NCBI GenBank assembly: GCA_963745835.1
Contig: CAVUZH010000022.1
Location: 256,001 to 320,000 of the forward strand
Direction: 5' to 3'
Source of the DNA: an uncultured delta proteobacterium
GTDB lineage: Bacteria > Desulfobacterota > Binatia > UBA9968
DNA length: 64,000 bases
The notes beneath the pieces were generated by a model that ran no database searches, had not been told where the DNA came from, and was given only the letters and a program-made list of their open reading frames with translations. Within the stretch, counting starts at the first letter, position 1; every line of letters begins with the position of its first letter. Below, piece after piece: positions 49,751-59,647 of the stretch. A program made the position numbers and the translations under genes.

Positions 49751-51448
49751 TTAGGCCGCGACCTTTTGCTCTCTGTAGAGAGGCCCGCGTAGGACCTGGC
49801 CTGGCAGGTCCCCGCTCATGCGGCTGTCTTCATGGATCACCGTGCCATTGACGATGGTATAGTGCATTCCAACCGAACGCTGGATCAAACGCTTGCTTCC
49901 CGCCGGATAGTCATGGGCCCATTCCGGTTCATGAGAATTGACGGTTTTGGGATCGAAGATCGCCAGGTCCGCGGCATAACCCGGCCGTAACAAACCGCGA
50001 TCCTGCAAGCCGAAGATCGATGCCACATGGAATGTCAGTTTATGGACGGCCTGTTCGAGACTCATTACCTGACGCTCGCGCACCCACATACCCAGAAGGA
50101 TGGTGCAATAACCAAAATCGGCGCCAAACTGCACATGGGCCCCTGCATCGGAAGTTCCGATTAATACATACGGGCTGCGCAGGATCTCGCCCATTGCATC
50201 GATGTCGCCGCCGTTATTAGCATTCCAGAAAACCGTGCCGAGATCTTCCTCGAGCGCGAGATCCAGGAAGGCATCGAGCGGATCTTGATTGCGCATCGCC
50301 CCCAGCTCAGCGATTGTCTTGCCGTTGTATTTCTCGTTCTCGGGTTTCACCACTTTTTCGACCCGGACGATGTTCCAGTTTCGGTGAAAGTTGGTGGGCG
50401 CCGGATTGGCGAGATCGGCTCGCAGCTTTTGTCTGGTTTCGCCATCGGCAAAAGCCTGCTTGCGCACCTCAACGGGAAGGAACATGAGGTTTTTCCAGGT
50501 CGGGAATTCATCGAAAACCTGGCAGTTCTTAAGCTCGAAGTGGCGCACGAGCGGCACGGTATGGGACAAGCCATACGCTTGATAACCTTCGCGGAAAATC
50601 GGTTCTACGGCGTCGAGCTGTTCACGCCATAGGGTGGGCTCTGCCCATCGATGTTGCAGGCTCTGCCAGAGGACCGGTCGCTGCGTACGTTTTGCCAGCT
50701 CATGGTAAAATTTGAAATGTTCGATCTTGTTGCGGCCCAAAATGGTTTCGATAACGCCGCCGTTGCGCTCCGCCAAAACATCGCACAGCGCGAACAGCTC
50801 ATCATCATCGGCCAAACGACTCGCCACCGGCTTGCCGTCCTCGCGCATATGACGCTCGTTGCGGTTGGTCGATAATCCCAAGGCGCCGCCTTCCATCGCC
50901 TCCAAGACCAAGCCGCGCATCTGCTGGACTTCTTTGACGGTAGCCGTGCGCTCCACGGCCTCCTCACCCATGACGTTGTGGCGCATCGCGATATGACCGA
51001 CCAGCCCGCCGACATTGATACCGAGTTTCCCTTCCAGCGCATCGAGGTATTCGCCGTAGGTGTTCCATCCCCATTTCACGCCTTGCTCCAGAGCGAACCG
51101 CGGAATTGCCTCGACTCGAACGAAACTTTTAACAATCGCGTCCTCATCGCCCTTCTTGACTGGGGCAAGCGATAAGCCGCAGTTACCCATGACCACGCTG
51201 GTAACACCATGCTGCGGTTCACAAGTTCCATAGGGATCCCACAACATCTGCGCGTCCAAATGCGTATGATGATCAATAAAGCCGGGAGACACAGCCAACC
51301 CGCCGGCATCGATCGTCCGCGCCGCTGTGCCGGTTAACCGTCCAACTTCCACGATCTTGCCATCTTTTACGCCGACATCGGCCACATAAGAGGGCAAGCC
51401 CGAGCCATCGACGACGCGCCCACCGCGAATTAACAGATCATAAGCCAT
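49751..51448 (-). CDS. N-acyl-D-amino-acid deacylase family amidohydrolase
   Basis: YDLLIRGGRVVDGSG, PGFIDHHTH, GNCG, SDAGAH and DRGLL. Confidence 0.88.
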   Translation of the reverse strand: MAYDLLIRGGRVVDGSGLPSYVADVGVKDGKIVEVGRLTGTAARTIDAGGLAVSPGFIDHHTHLDAQMLWDPYGTCEPQHGVTSVVMGNCGLSLAPVKKGDEDAIVKSFVRVEAIPRFALEQGVKWGWNTYGEYLDALEGKLGINVGGLVGHIAMRHNVMGEEAVERTATVKEVQQMRGLVLEAMEGGALGLSTNRNERHMREDGKPVASRLADDDELFALCDVLAERNGGVIETILGRNKIEHFKFYHELAKRTQRPVLWQSLQHRWAEPTLWREQLDAVEPIFREGYQAYGLSHTVPLVRHFELKNCQVFDEFPTWKNLMFLPVEVRKQAFADGETRQKLRADLANPAPTNFHRNWNIVRVEKVVKPENEKYNGKTIAELGAMRNQDPLDAFLDLALEEDLGTVFWNANNGGDIDAMGEILRSPYVLIGTSDAGAHVQFGADFGYCTILLGMWVRERQVMSLEQAVHKLTFHVASIFGLQDRGLLRPGYAADLAIFDPKTVNSHEPEWAHDYPAGSKRLIQRSVGMHYTIVNGTVIHEDSRMSGDLPGQVLRGPLYREQKVAA

Positions 51449-51595
51449 TTGCACCTCCTGAGTTGAACGAGGAAAACGTCAATATCCGAAGCGACACTTT
51501 GCATGCTATTGCGATACAGTCGGCAACGAATTCTCCACTAATGAAGCACACCATCTTTTATGCCTTATCAATTGCGCCTCACTTTGTCCATCAAC

Positions 51596-51813
51596 TAACC
51601 CTAATCCAACAATAGTTGAGCGTTGTCAGCAGTGAGCGAGGATGGCGAGACTGGAAGTCGTGGGCAGTCGAGCACGCAGTTGGCTCTGAGGCCCCGACGT
51701 ACCAAACATCACGTTTAGGGGAATGCGGGGGTGGCCTTTAAGGCACTGTCCCATTGCCCACGACTGTAGGGCTCGCTGGCCTCGCGGGATCCGAATAATG
51801 TCGGATTAGGGTA
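51596..51813 (-). repeat. Family A hairpin/MITE-like element
   Basis: TAACCCTAATCCAAC...GTCGGATTAGGGTA ends; near-identical to 36670 and to the reverse complement of 57432. Confidence 0.9.
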
Positions 51814-51850
51814 AAGCTTACCTTCAACCGCTCGAGGCAGCTTCAACCTG

Positions 51851-52252
51851 TCACTGCTCCAATGATCGAACCGCGAGATCGGCGCCGTGTGCCTCCCAAT
51901 TTTTGCCATCGAAGGAGCTGACGTTCACATGCCCAACGGTCGCGGGGTCGAGGCAGCGAACGTTGACACTATAGCCGTCGGGATTAGAACGAGGAACATA
52001 AAAAGGTTTGATGCCACATGTTTTACAGAATAGATGCTTGGCGACGCCGGTGTTGAATGTATATGTTGTTAGATCTGCGGAACCCTGGAGTAACCGGAAT
52101 CGTGATCGCGGCACGATCAGGTGAAGAAAACCGCTTTTGCTGCAGATTGAACAGTTGCATTCCAGCGCATCGATGTCGAGCGCTGCATCGACTTCGAACC
52201 GCACGCGCCCGCAGTGGCAAGCGCCCCTGTGTTGAACAAAATTTTCTTCCAT
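51851..52252 (-). CDS. GFA family protein
   Basis: GACHCG, CNCSIC, HLFCKTCG and VNVRCL. Confidence 0.9.
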   Translation of the reverse strand: MEENFVQHRGACHCGRVRFEVDAALDIDALECNCSICSKSGFLHLIVPRSRFRLLQGSADLTTYTFNTGVAKHLFCKTCGIKPFYVPRSNPDGYSVNVRCLDPATVGHVNVSSFDGKNWEAHGADLAVRSLEQ

Positions 52253-52284
52253 GAATGACCTGCGGAGCTGCCCGGACCGGCGCC

Positions 52285-54567
52285 TCAACTCGGATATCGG
52301 CCTGAACCTTTACTGGCTTTCAACGACACGCCTGAAGTCTGAGCCAATGATTGCAGCAGCTCGGTCACCTCGGCGTCGCTGCGCAGGTTGTGTTGCGCCT
52401 GGGTCCCGGCCACGCCGACTCTAATGGAGACTGCCCATTCCGGTAGAACCCTGAATAGATCCTCGTCAGTGAGATCATCGCCGATAGCCATAATGAAGTC
52501 GTAATCTTTTTCGATGATCCATTTTAATGCCGCGGTTCCCTTATCGACCCCGGCGTTAGTGATTTCGACCACTTTGCTCCCCTGGCGGACATGAAGATCA
52601 GTCTTGGAGATCAGGCTCAACAGATGATCTGTCAGCTCGGCCGCGAGAAAATGGGCCTGTTCAGGATCCGCCGAACGATAGTGCCATGCCACGGAATTCT
52701 CCTTTTCCTCAACAAAAGCGCCGGGCAATCGGTCTGCGTAGATCTCCAGTATCGGCAATAGCTGGCGCATCCATGCCACCGAGAATGGTTTGAAAAGCTG
52801 CCATGTCTCGGCCGCCTTTCTGAACCATGCGCCATGCTCGGCAACCAGGCCGACCCTGAGGTCGCCGAACCACTGCTGCAGAGTCTGGCGATCGCGTCCG
52901 CTTGTGATGATCACGTCATTGATCGGATCGGCGGTTAAAGACCGCAATAGCGCGAGCCTGCTCTCATCCGGTTTCGCCATTTCCGGCGATTTTACCAAAG
53001 GGGTCAGGGTACCGTCATAATCGAGAAACAACGCTCTCCGGCAACTCTTTCGATACTGTTCGACAACCGCCCGCCGCGCCTGTGGCGAAAGCAGTTTGGC
53101 TTCGGTCCGATCTTGGACTTCGCGTAAGGCGACAAGGTTGTTGAGAAAGTCATTCGCCCAGCGCGTGACATGGTACCGTTTCAGGCGCCGCTGCATCACC
53201 TTGTTGCGCCGCTTCTGCTCCTCCAGCGGTGTTTCCAACGCCTCTTTAATGGCGCTGGCAATTTCCGACCGGTTATTTGGATTGATGATGATTGCTTCGG
53301 GCAACTCTTTGGCCGAACCTGCCATCTCGCTAAGGATCAAGACCCCGGTGCCATCGGTCCGCGTAGCCACATATTCCTTGGCGACGAGATTCATTCCGTC
53401 ACGCAGTGGTGTAACCAGACAGACATCGCTTACCGAGTAGAACGCCACCAATGATGAGAACGGCACATGGCGGTACTGATACACCACCGGTGTCCAACCG
53501 ACTCGTCCAAAATGTCCATTAATTTTGCCGACCCGTTCCTCAACTTGTCGCTTCATGCGGTCGTATTGCACGACTCCGATGCGCGAAGGCACGACAATCA
53601 TCAGCAGGACGACCTTTCCGTGGAACTGGGGATTACTTTCCAAGAAAAGCTCATATCCTTGCAGACGGTTCAAAATCCCCTTGGAGTAGTCGAGCCGATC
53701 GACCGACAAGACCACCTTGAACTCGGAAAGCGTGCTACGCAGGGCCTGTACTTCGTGCTGAGTATCAGGCTCAGCGGGCGCACTGGAGTATTTGTCGAAA
53801 TCGATTCCCATCGGGAAGGTGTCGATCCTGACGAGGTGATCGGGTGTCAAGAGTTGGGCCATCTGATGCTCGTAGCCCAAGATGCGCAGAACGCACTGGA
53901 GAAAATGGTGCGTGTACTCGTAAGTATGGAATCCAATCAAGTCAGCGCCCAGCAAGCCTTCCAGAATCTCGCGACGCCATTCTCCCGGGAGAAGACGAAA
54001 CACCTCGAATGAGGGGAATGGGATATGCAAGAAAAAGCCTACAGAAGCTTGAGGCCGCCGGGCTTTGATCAGCCGCGGCAACAACATCAGGTGATAATCA
54101 TGAATCCACAAGATGTCATTGGGCCTGACGACGTCTACCAGCGCATCGCAGAAGGTTTGATTGATCTGTTTGTACTCCGCCCAGTAATTGGACTGATATT
54201 CGGTGAACGTAGGAAAGTAGTGAAACAGCGGCCAAATGGTCGAGTTACAAAATCCGAGGTAGAACTTCTCCATCTGTTCTTCACTGAGAAACACCGGGTA
54301 AGACTGAAAGGAACTGAGCGCCTCTCGGATCAGCTGTCCCTGGAGAGAGACCTCGACCGTGCTTCCCGGCCAGCCGACCCAAAGATGCTCCATACTCAAA
54401 GCCGGCGTTCGCCTGCGGGATTGCATGAATGACGCCAATCCCGTGACGAGGCCACCGGCGCTTTCATGGAAAGTTATCTTTCCGTTCTCGACCTTGACAT
54501 TAAAGGGCAAGCGATTGGAGACAATAACCAGTCGTCGCTCGGACAGTGTCGAATGTATCAAACTCAT
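52285..54567 (-). CDS. otsAB: Bifunctional trehalose-6-phosphate synthase/phosphatase
   Basis: VSNRLP, WIHDYHL, FLHIPFP, DRLDYSKG and RDGMNLVAKEY; HAD domain FLDYDGTL...GDDLTDED. Confidence 0.93.
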   Translation of the reverse strand: MSLIHSTLSERRLVIVSNRLPFNVKVENGKITFHESAGGLVTGLASFMQSRRRTPALSMEHLWVGWPGSTVEVSLQGQLIREALSSFQSYPVFLSEEQMEKFYLGFCNSTIWPLFHYFPTFTEYQSNYWAEYKQINQTFCDALVDVVRPNDILWIHDYHLMLLPRLIKARRPQASVGFFLHIPFPSFEVFRLLPGEWRREILEGLLGADLIGFHTYEYTHHFLQCVLRILGYEHQMAQLLTPDHLVRIDTFPMGIDFDKYSSAPAEPDTQHEVQALRSTLSEFKVVLSVDRLDYSKGILNRLQGYELFLESNPQFHGKVVLLMIVVPSRIGVVQYDRMKRQVEERVGKINGHFGRVGWTPVVYQYRHVPFSSLVAFYSVSDVCLVTPLRDGMNLVAKEYVATRTDGTGVLILSEMAGSAKELPEAIIINPNNRSEIASAIKEALETPLEEQKRRNKVMQRRLKRYHVTRWANDFLNNLVALREVQDRTEAKLLSPQARRAVVEQYRKSCRRALFLDYDGTLTPLVKSPEMAKPDESRLALLRSLTADPINDVIITSGRDRQTLQQWFGDLRVGLVAEHGAWFRKAAETWQLFKPFSVAWMRQLLPILEIYADRLPGAFVEEKENSVAWHYRSADPEQAHFLAAELTDHLLSLISKTDLHVRQGSKVVEITNAGVDKGTAALKWIIEKDYDFIMAIGDDLTDEDLFRVLPEWAVSIRVGVAGTQAQHNLRSDAEVTELLQSLAQTSGVSLKASKGSGRYPS

Positions 54568-54899
54568 TTGCGGCTTGTTTTGAATCACCAGTGACTCATG
54601 CTCAGACCAGAGAGGTTGCTGAAAGAGCTGCGCGCAAGGTTGCACTAGAACAATATCATTTCAGTAGCGCTTGTCACGCACATAAACGCCTAATCTTCTG
54701 AACGGCGTTCAAGTTAAAAGCCCGGAGCCACAGTCAATGAGAAGTCCCATGAGTCTCGCCCGAAGATTGCATCGGCATGAGCTTTCTAAATCGCAAAGAA
54801 ATCGACTGAAAAAACCTTCGGTTCTTTTTCGTTCGTGTTATGCTGGAGCAAAAAATTTCCCCTTTAAATCTAAGAAGATAGATCGGTCCTCCCGGCCGA

Positions 54900-54915
54900 T
54901 GGCATATCCGTTGCG
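54900..54915 (+). promoter_or_regulatory. Putative sigma54 (-24/-12) promoter
   Basis: TGGCAT-ATCCG-TTGCG about 70 nt upstream of ATG 54985. Confidence 0.55.
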
Positions 54916-54984
54916 TTGAGATTTTTGCTTTATTCACCACCTATCCTGGAACTCTGGTAGACTGGTGAAGAGAGGAGGCACCAT

Positions 54985-55779
54985 ATGCGCACACAAAAGA
55001 ATACCGAGATCACGTTAGGTGATCTCGTGGCTGCAGTGACCGAGGAAGTTAAGCCGCTGTCCGGCAACAAGCGTCGGGTGAACCTGCTGGTCTCATACAT
55101 TTTGCAGGATCTGTTTCTCAGCTGTCGCGTAAAGTTCAAAAATAGATTTGTCGACCGGCATGCCGTTAGAGGTCCGAGATGGCCAGCTGTGGCGCTCGGT
55201 ATCCTTCTACTTGTCGCGCCCAGCTCAAGTTTCGCCGGTGCGGCAAGCGATCAGCTAAAACAATCCGTAGAAAAAATCCAGGCTATTTTGTCTGACCCAT
55301 CGCTAAAAGGGGAAGCCAACAGCGCGAGTCGGCGGCAAAAGCTTAAGGAAGCCGTCAATGAAAGATTCGCTTTTGATGAAATGGCGAAGCGCTCATTGGG
55401 CGCCCAGTGGCAGAAGCGCACCCCATCAGAGCAGCAGGAGTTTGTCCGGCTGTTCACGGATCTGCTCGAAGGCGCCTACTTGAGCAAATTGGAAGAGTAC
55501 AGCGGCGAAAAAATACAGTTCCTCAACGAGCGACAGGAAAAAGACTTTGCTGAAGTCAAGACAAAACTAATCAACAAAAAGGGTGAAGAATTCGCACTTG
55601 ATTACCGGCTTCTTAGCGTCAATGGCGACTGGAAGGTTATCGATGTCGTAATTGAAAACATTAGTTTAGTTAATAACTACCGCTCACAATTCAATCGCGT
55701 GCTGTCGAGGTCATCTTTCGAGGATTTGGTTCAGGCGATGAAAGAAAAGAAAATAAGCGCTCCGGTAGCGAGCAAGTAG
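54985..55779 (+). CDS. MlaC/Ttg2D-family substrate-binding protein with N-terminal extension
   Basis: FAFDEMAKRSLG, FVRLFTDLL, LDYRL...WKVIDVVIENISLVNNYRSQF. Confidence 0.85.
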   Translation: MRTQKNTEITLGDLVAAVTEEVKPLSGNKRRVNLLVSYILQDLFLSCRVKFKNRFVDRHAVRGPRWPAVALGILLLVAPSSSFAGAASDQLKQSVEKIQAILSDPSLKGEANSASRRQKLKEAVNERFAFDEMAKRSLGAQWQKRTPSEQQEFVRLFTDLLEGAYLSKLEEYSGEKIQFLNERQEKDFAEVKTKLINKKGEEFALDYRLLSVNGDWKVIDVVIENISLVNNYRSQFNRVLSRSSFEDLVQAMKEKKISAPVASK

Positions 55780-55871
55780 CCGACGCAAGACTACGATCAC
55801 TGATTCTGTGGCTTCGCAGAGTTCGCGATAGCTTGCAGCAATCTCGTAAGTCTAAAATCAGGAAGGTTCCG

Positions 55872-56099
55872 ATGAAAAAACTTGTCTTGGTAGCGCTGCT
55901 CATAACAGGTCTCACGCAATCGGGATGCGAGTTTCTCGCGGGAACCGTCGTAGGAGCCGGCGCCGCTGGAGGCGGTTACGAATATCAGGCCTACCGTCAG
56001 ATGCAGCAGTTGGAAGAAGATTATAAAAACAGGAGAATATCTCGCGAAGAATATGAAGACCGCAAAAAACAGATTGAGAAGGGCTCGATCATTTACTAA
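55872..56099 (+). CDS. Small lipoprotein (Gly-zipper-like)
   Basis: MKK...QSGC lipobox, GAGAAGGGYE and ISREEYE. Confidence 0.7.
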   Translation: MKKLVLVALLITGLTQSGCEFLAGTVVGAGAAGGGYEYQAYRQMQQLEEDYKNRRISREEYEDRKKQIEKGSIIY

Positions 56100-56493
56100 C
56101 CGCCGCGATCCTTAAGTTATCTATAGGGTCTGTGGCCTGCTCTCGGGAGCGCCTGTTCGCAGCCCGGCAGACGATGTCAATCCGCCAGCGTTAAACTACT
56201 AATAAACAGCTTCGTTCCTCGTCACCTTCGCGATCTCAAATCAGCTATCTTTTCGGCTGGATCGCGGTCTTTGCCTGACAGATGTTTGATAGTCCGTATC
56301 TTATCCGAGCCAGAGGTGGTAGGATCACATCCTGCTGCTATCTGAAAAACATTCTGTGTTGGTTCCTATTTGCAGCCACAGCGACACGCTTTCATTATAA
56401 CCGCCGGTTGCTCGAGGTAGCAATTTGCTTCGAGAACTGTGGATCCACTGGGTAATCATTCCCTCGGTTAAGTTCCAGAATGGAGAATTCTAA

Positions 56494-57006
56494 ATGATGT
56501 TCACTGTTGGAGCTAAAGTCGTTTACCCGAGCCGTGGCCCCTGTCTAATCGGCGAAGTCGTTAAAAAGGTGGTCGGCGGGCAAACCATGAAATTCTATCC
56601 TCTGGCACTACTGGATGATAGCAAAGGCGAGTTGTTCGTGCCCGTGGAAAATATTGCCGATTCACATTTGCGCGCCTTGCTTGATCGTTCGGAAATTCCC
56701 CAACTGCTGCGGCGACTCGAGAAGATACCGATAACGACAAAGAAGCCTGGCCCCGTCAAGAATTGGCGTCAGCGCAATACCGACAATGCAAAGTTACTGA
56801 ACTCAGGTTCGGCGTTCGACCTGGCTGCCGTCATCGAATCATTGACCAGCCTGAACGAGGCTAAATCGCTATCGCCGTACGAGCGGGAGATGATGGCACG
56901 AGCCCGGAAGCTGTTGGTTTGCGAGATCTCCGAAGTGACTGGCGAGAGTAAAAGTGTGGTGGAAGAACAGATTACCGATGCCCTTCACCTCGGCAAAACG
57001 GTTTGA
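56494..57006 (+). CDS. CarD-family transcriptional regulator
   Basis: FTVGAKVVYPSRGP, LFVPV, NWRQR and ARKLLVCEI. Confidence 0.85.
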   Translation: MMFTVGAKVVYPSRGPCLIGEVVKKVVGGQTMKFYPLALLDDSKGELFVPVENIADSHLRALLDRSEIPQLLRRLEKIPITTKKPGPVKNWRQRNTDNAKLLNSGSAFDLAAVIESLTSLNEAKSLSPYEREMMARARKLLVCEISEVTGESKSVVEEQITDALHLGKTV

Positions 57007-57121
57007 GGCCGGATTTGAAGCTCGCCCGATTTCGTTCCGGCGCGCAACGCAGAAAGACTGAGCGCATGCCCAAAGCGAAAGGCGTCGATCGCTCCAACGA
57101 TGGCAAGGAAGGTCTTTAAGG

Positions 57122-57385
57122 TTGGATCTCCTCACGCGGATGTTTTTGGGTGCTATTGCCGGTTGGTTGACCGGAATAGCCGCTGACGGAGAACGGGCCG
57201 GCAGAGCCAGCCCAGGCAACAACCGGCTGCGCGATATTATTTTTGGTGTGATCGGCGCGCTGGTTGGCCACTCATTGTTTTTCTGGGTCATCATTGGGAG
57301 CAGTTCTTTCGGCACCTATGCAACCGCGGTTCTTGGCGCCATCGCTGTGGTCGGAGCGGCTCGCCTGATTGGAGCACGGCTGTAA
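57122..57385 (+). CDS. GlsB/YeaQ/YmgE family stress-response membrane protein
   Basis: GAIAGWL...DIIFGVIGALVG...AVLGAI. Confidence 0.75.
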   Translation: MDLLTRMFLGAIAGWLTGIAADGERAGRASPGNNRLRDIIFGVIGALVGHSLFFWVIIGSSSFGTYATAVLGAIAVVGAARLIGARL

Positions 57386-57431
57386 CGTGCTCGCCGCACC
57401 GTCGATTAGACGTTTCCCAACTGTAAGCAGC

Positions 57432-57650
57432 TAACCTAATCCGACATTATTCGAACCCCGCGAGGACGGCGAGCCCTACAGCCGTGGGCAATGGGACAGT
57501 GCCTTGAAGGCCACCCCGCATTCCCCTAAACGTGATGTTTGGTACGTCGGGGCCTTAGAGCCAACTGCGTGCTCGACTGCCCACGGCTTGCAGTCTCGCC
57601 GTCCTCGCTCACTGCTGACAACGCTCAACTATTGTTGTCGGATTAGGCTA
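57432..57650 (+). repeat. Family A hairpin/MITE-like element
   Basis: CCTAATCCGAC...GTCGGATTAGG TIR; abuts the TAG stop of the permease. Confidence 0.9.
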
Positions 57651-58415
57651 ATTGGTCAGACGTTGGCGCACGGCGCGTCTTGCCCACATCAGCAGCAAGC
57701 ACGAGCCCGCTAGCGAGTAGGCAATATCCCACAGGGCCACCACACTAAAATTTCCGCTGAAGGCGGCACGCGCAAGTCGTACCGGGTGAAGCAGCGGCAA
57801 CGCCTCGGCAATCCACAGCCAGCCTGGCGATAATCTCTCTTCCAACGGGAAAAACACATCCGAGAACAAAAAGAGCGGCGTTAAAAATAGAGTAAAGTAA
57901 AAGCTGAAGGAATCTATATTGGGAATGCGCAGCGAGAATGTTATGCCGATTGCGGCAAAGAGCAACCCGGTAAGCGGGATCACCAGTAACGCCCATAGAG
58001 AAGACGGAAAGGGCGTCAGGCCAAACAGCGCTAGAACGATGAAGAAGCAACCGCCGTAGATGCATGCGCGGGTCATCGCCCACAAGACTTCCCCGGTGAG
58101 AATGTCGTCGGGTTCTATGGGAGTTGTCAGCATCGCGTCGTAAGCCTTTTCGAATGTCAGCCGCACATAGATATTGTAAGTGACTTCGTAGCTCGCGCCA
58201 TTCATGGCCGCTACACAAACTAGGCCCGGCGCGATGAACCCAACATAGGAAAGCCCTTCCATTTGCGAGATGTAAGCGCCTACTCCAACGCCAATGGAAA
58301 AAAGATAGAACACCGGCTCAAAAAAATTGGGCAGCAGATTCCACATCCAGGTGCGCCGGTACATGGCTGCGTTTCGCAACCAAACCGCCAATGCATATGC
58401 AGGTGAAAGGTTCAT
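57648..58415 (-). CDS. ABC-2 transporter permease (NodJ-like)
   Basis: EPVFYLFSIGVGVG, YVGFIAPG, YDAMLTTP and LFSDVFFP. Confidence 0.88.
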   Translation of the reverse strand: MNLSPAYALAVWLRNAAMYRRTWMWNLLPNFFEPVFYLFSIGVGVGAYISQMEGLSYVGFIAPGLVCVAAMNGASYEVTYNIYVRLTFEKAYDAMLTTPIEPDDILTGEVLWAMTRACIYGGCFFIVLALFGLTPFPSSLWALLVIPLTGLLFAAIGITFSLRIPNIDSFSFYFTLFLTPLFLFSDVFFPLEERLSPGWLWIAEALPLLHPVRLARAAFSGNFSVVALWDIAYSLAGSCLLLMWARRAVRQRLTN

Positions 58416-59350
58416 GAGCCTCCCTCGAGCCGAGTACCGGTGAGTGACAAATAGACGTCTTCCAAATTTGTCGGTCGCACGATGATTGGCCGGCGATCGC
58501 CGTGATCGCTATGACGTATGTGCTCAATCAGGCCGCTGGTGTTTTCCAGGTAAATCATCAACCGCTGGCCGATCCGCAGGCACTGTGCATTGGCGGCAAA
58601 ACCATCTAACAGCGCCGCTTCTTCTTCGATTGAACAATCGAGCTCGATCGTTTCTGCCGCCAGCGCCGCAATGAGTTCTGCCGGCGCGCCCGAGCGAATG
58701 ACTTTTCCGGCAGAAATCACGGCGACCCGATCACACAGACGCTGCGCCTCGTCCATATAATGCGTCGTGACCAGTACGGTGGTGCCGGATGCGCGCAGCT
58801 CACGGATTCGCGACCATAAAGCGAGCCGAACTGCCGGATCGAGGCCTGTCGTCGGTTCATCGAGAATCAGCAGTTCAGGACCGTTGATCAGAGACAAAGC
58901 AATCGCCAGGCGGCGCTGAAAGCCGCCGGACAGGCGTTTCACTGGAACATCGGCATGGGAACGCAGCTCGAGAAAGTCGATCAATTCTTCGGCCCGGCGC
59001 GACAGCTCCGGCTCGTGCAACAGGTGATACCGGCCGAATACCCGCAGGTTCTCTTTCGGCGATAGCGCCTCGATCAAGACGTTTTGTTGCAACGTGACGC
59101 CAAGCCGGGCGCGCACAGCTCGGGAATTCCGACCGATATCCATGCCGAAAACCACGATGGTCCCGCTGGAAGGCTGGGTGACGCCGTAGATCATCCGCAA
59201 TGTGGTGGTTTTCCCGGCGCCATTGGGTCCGAGCAAACCGAAACAAGTCCGAGCCGGTACTTCCAGATCGAGATTATCGACCGCCATACGATCGCCGAAC
59301 TGTTTGGAAACGGAGTGAATCTCTATAACGGGTGCGTTTGAAGGGATCAT
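58412..59350 (-). CDS. ABC transporter ATP-binding protein (NodI-like)
   Basis: GPNGAGKTT, LSGG, LDEPTTGLDP and TTHYMDEA. Confidence 0.92.
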   Translation of the reverse strand: MIPSNAPVIEIHSVSKQFGDRMAVDNLDLEVPARTCFGLLGPNGAGKTTTLRMIYGVTQPSSGTIVVFGMDIGRNSRAVRARLGVTLQQNVLIEALSPKENLRVFGRYHLLHEPELSRRAEELIDFLELRSHADVPVKRLSGGFQRRLAIALSLINGPELLILDEPTTGLDPAVRLALWSRIRELRASGTTVLVTTHYMDEAQRLCDRVAVISAGKVIRSGAPAELIAALAAETIELDCSIEEEAALLDGFAANAQCLRIGQRLMIYLENTSGLIEHIRHSDHGDRRPIIVRPTNLEDVYLSLTGTRLEGGS

Positions 59351-59518
59351 GCAGAACCATCGCTGCTGAAAATATCTCTTAAAATCTGACCTATCTTCGC
59401 TCGAACCACAAGGTGCCCACTATCGAGGACGGCCCAGAATATCAATCAACTACGGAACAGTTCTGAGAGAAATGTCGCAAGGCGGAGACTAAGGTATTGA
59501 CCCAAGACGTTTTTGTAC

Positions 59519-59534
59519 TGGCACCTCGCTTGCA
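59519..59534 (+). promoter_or_regulatory. Putative sigma54 (-24/-12) promoter
   Basis: TGGCAC-CTCGC-TTGCA, a consensus match about 115 nt upstream of ATG 59648. Confidence 0.7.
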
Positions 59535-59647
59535 CAAATTACTTCGCACATCTTCTGCTTCGAAATTTCTGTACAACTTAAATTTTGTTACGCCGCCGTA
59601 AAGCGGCTGACTAACACTGTAACTGTTCCAGACGAAAGGAGAGCGGT

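Noticed and set aside
56275-56345. tRNA-like fragment (TCCGAGCCAGAGGTGGTAGGATCACATCCTGC) upstream of carD
   Set aside because: Lacks the GTTCRA T-loop, an acceptor stem and CCA; at most a decayed relic.
57487-57498. GGCAATGGGAC resembling the HDV ribozyme 3' end
   Set aside because: The nested double pseudoknot cannot be built; the segment is part of the family A stem.
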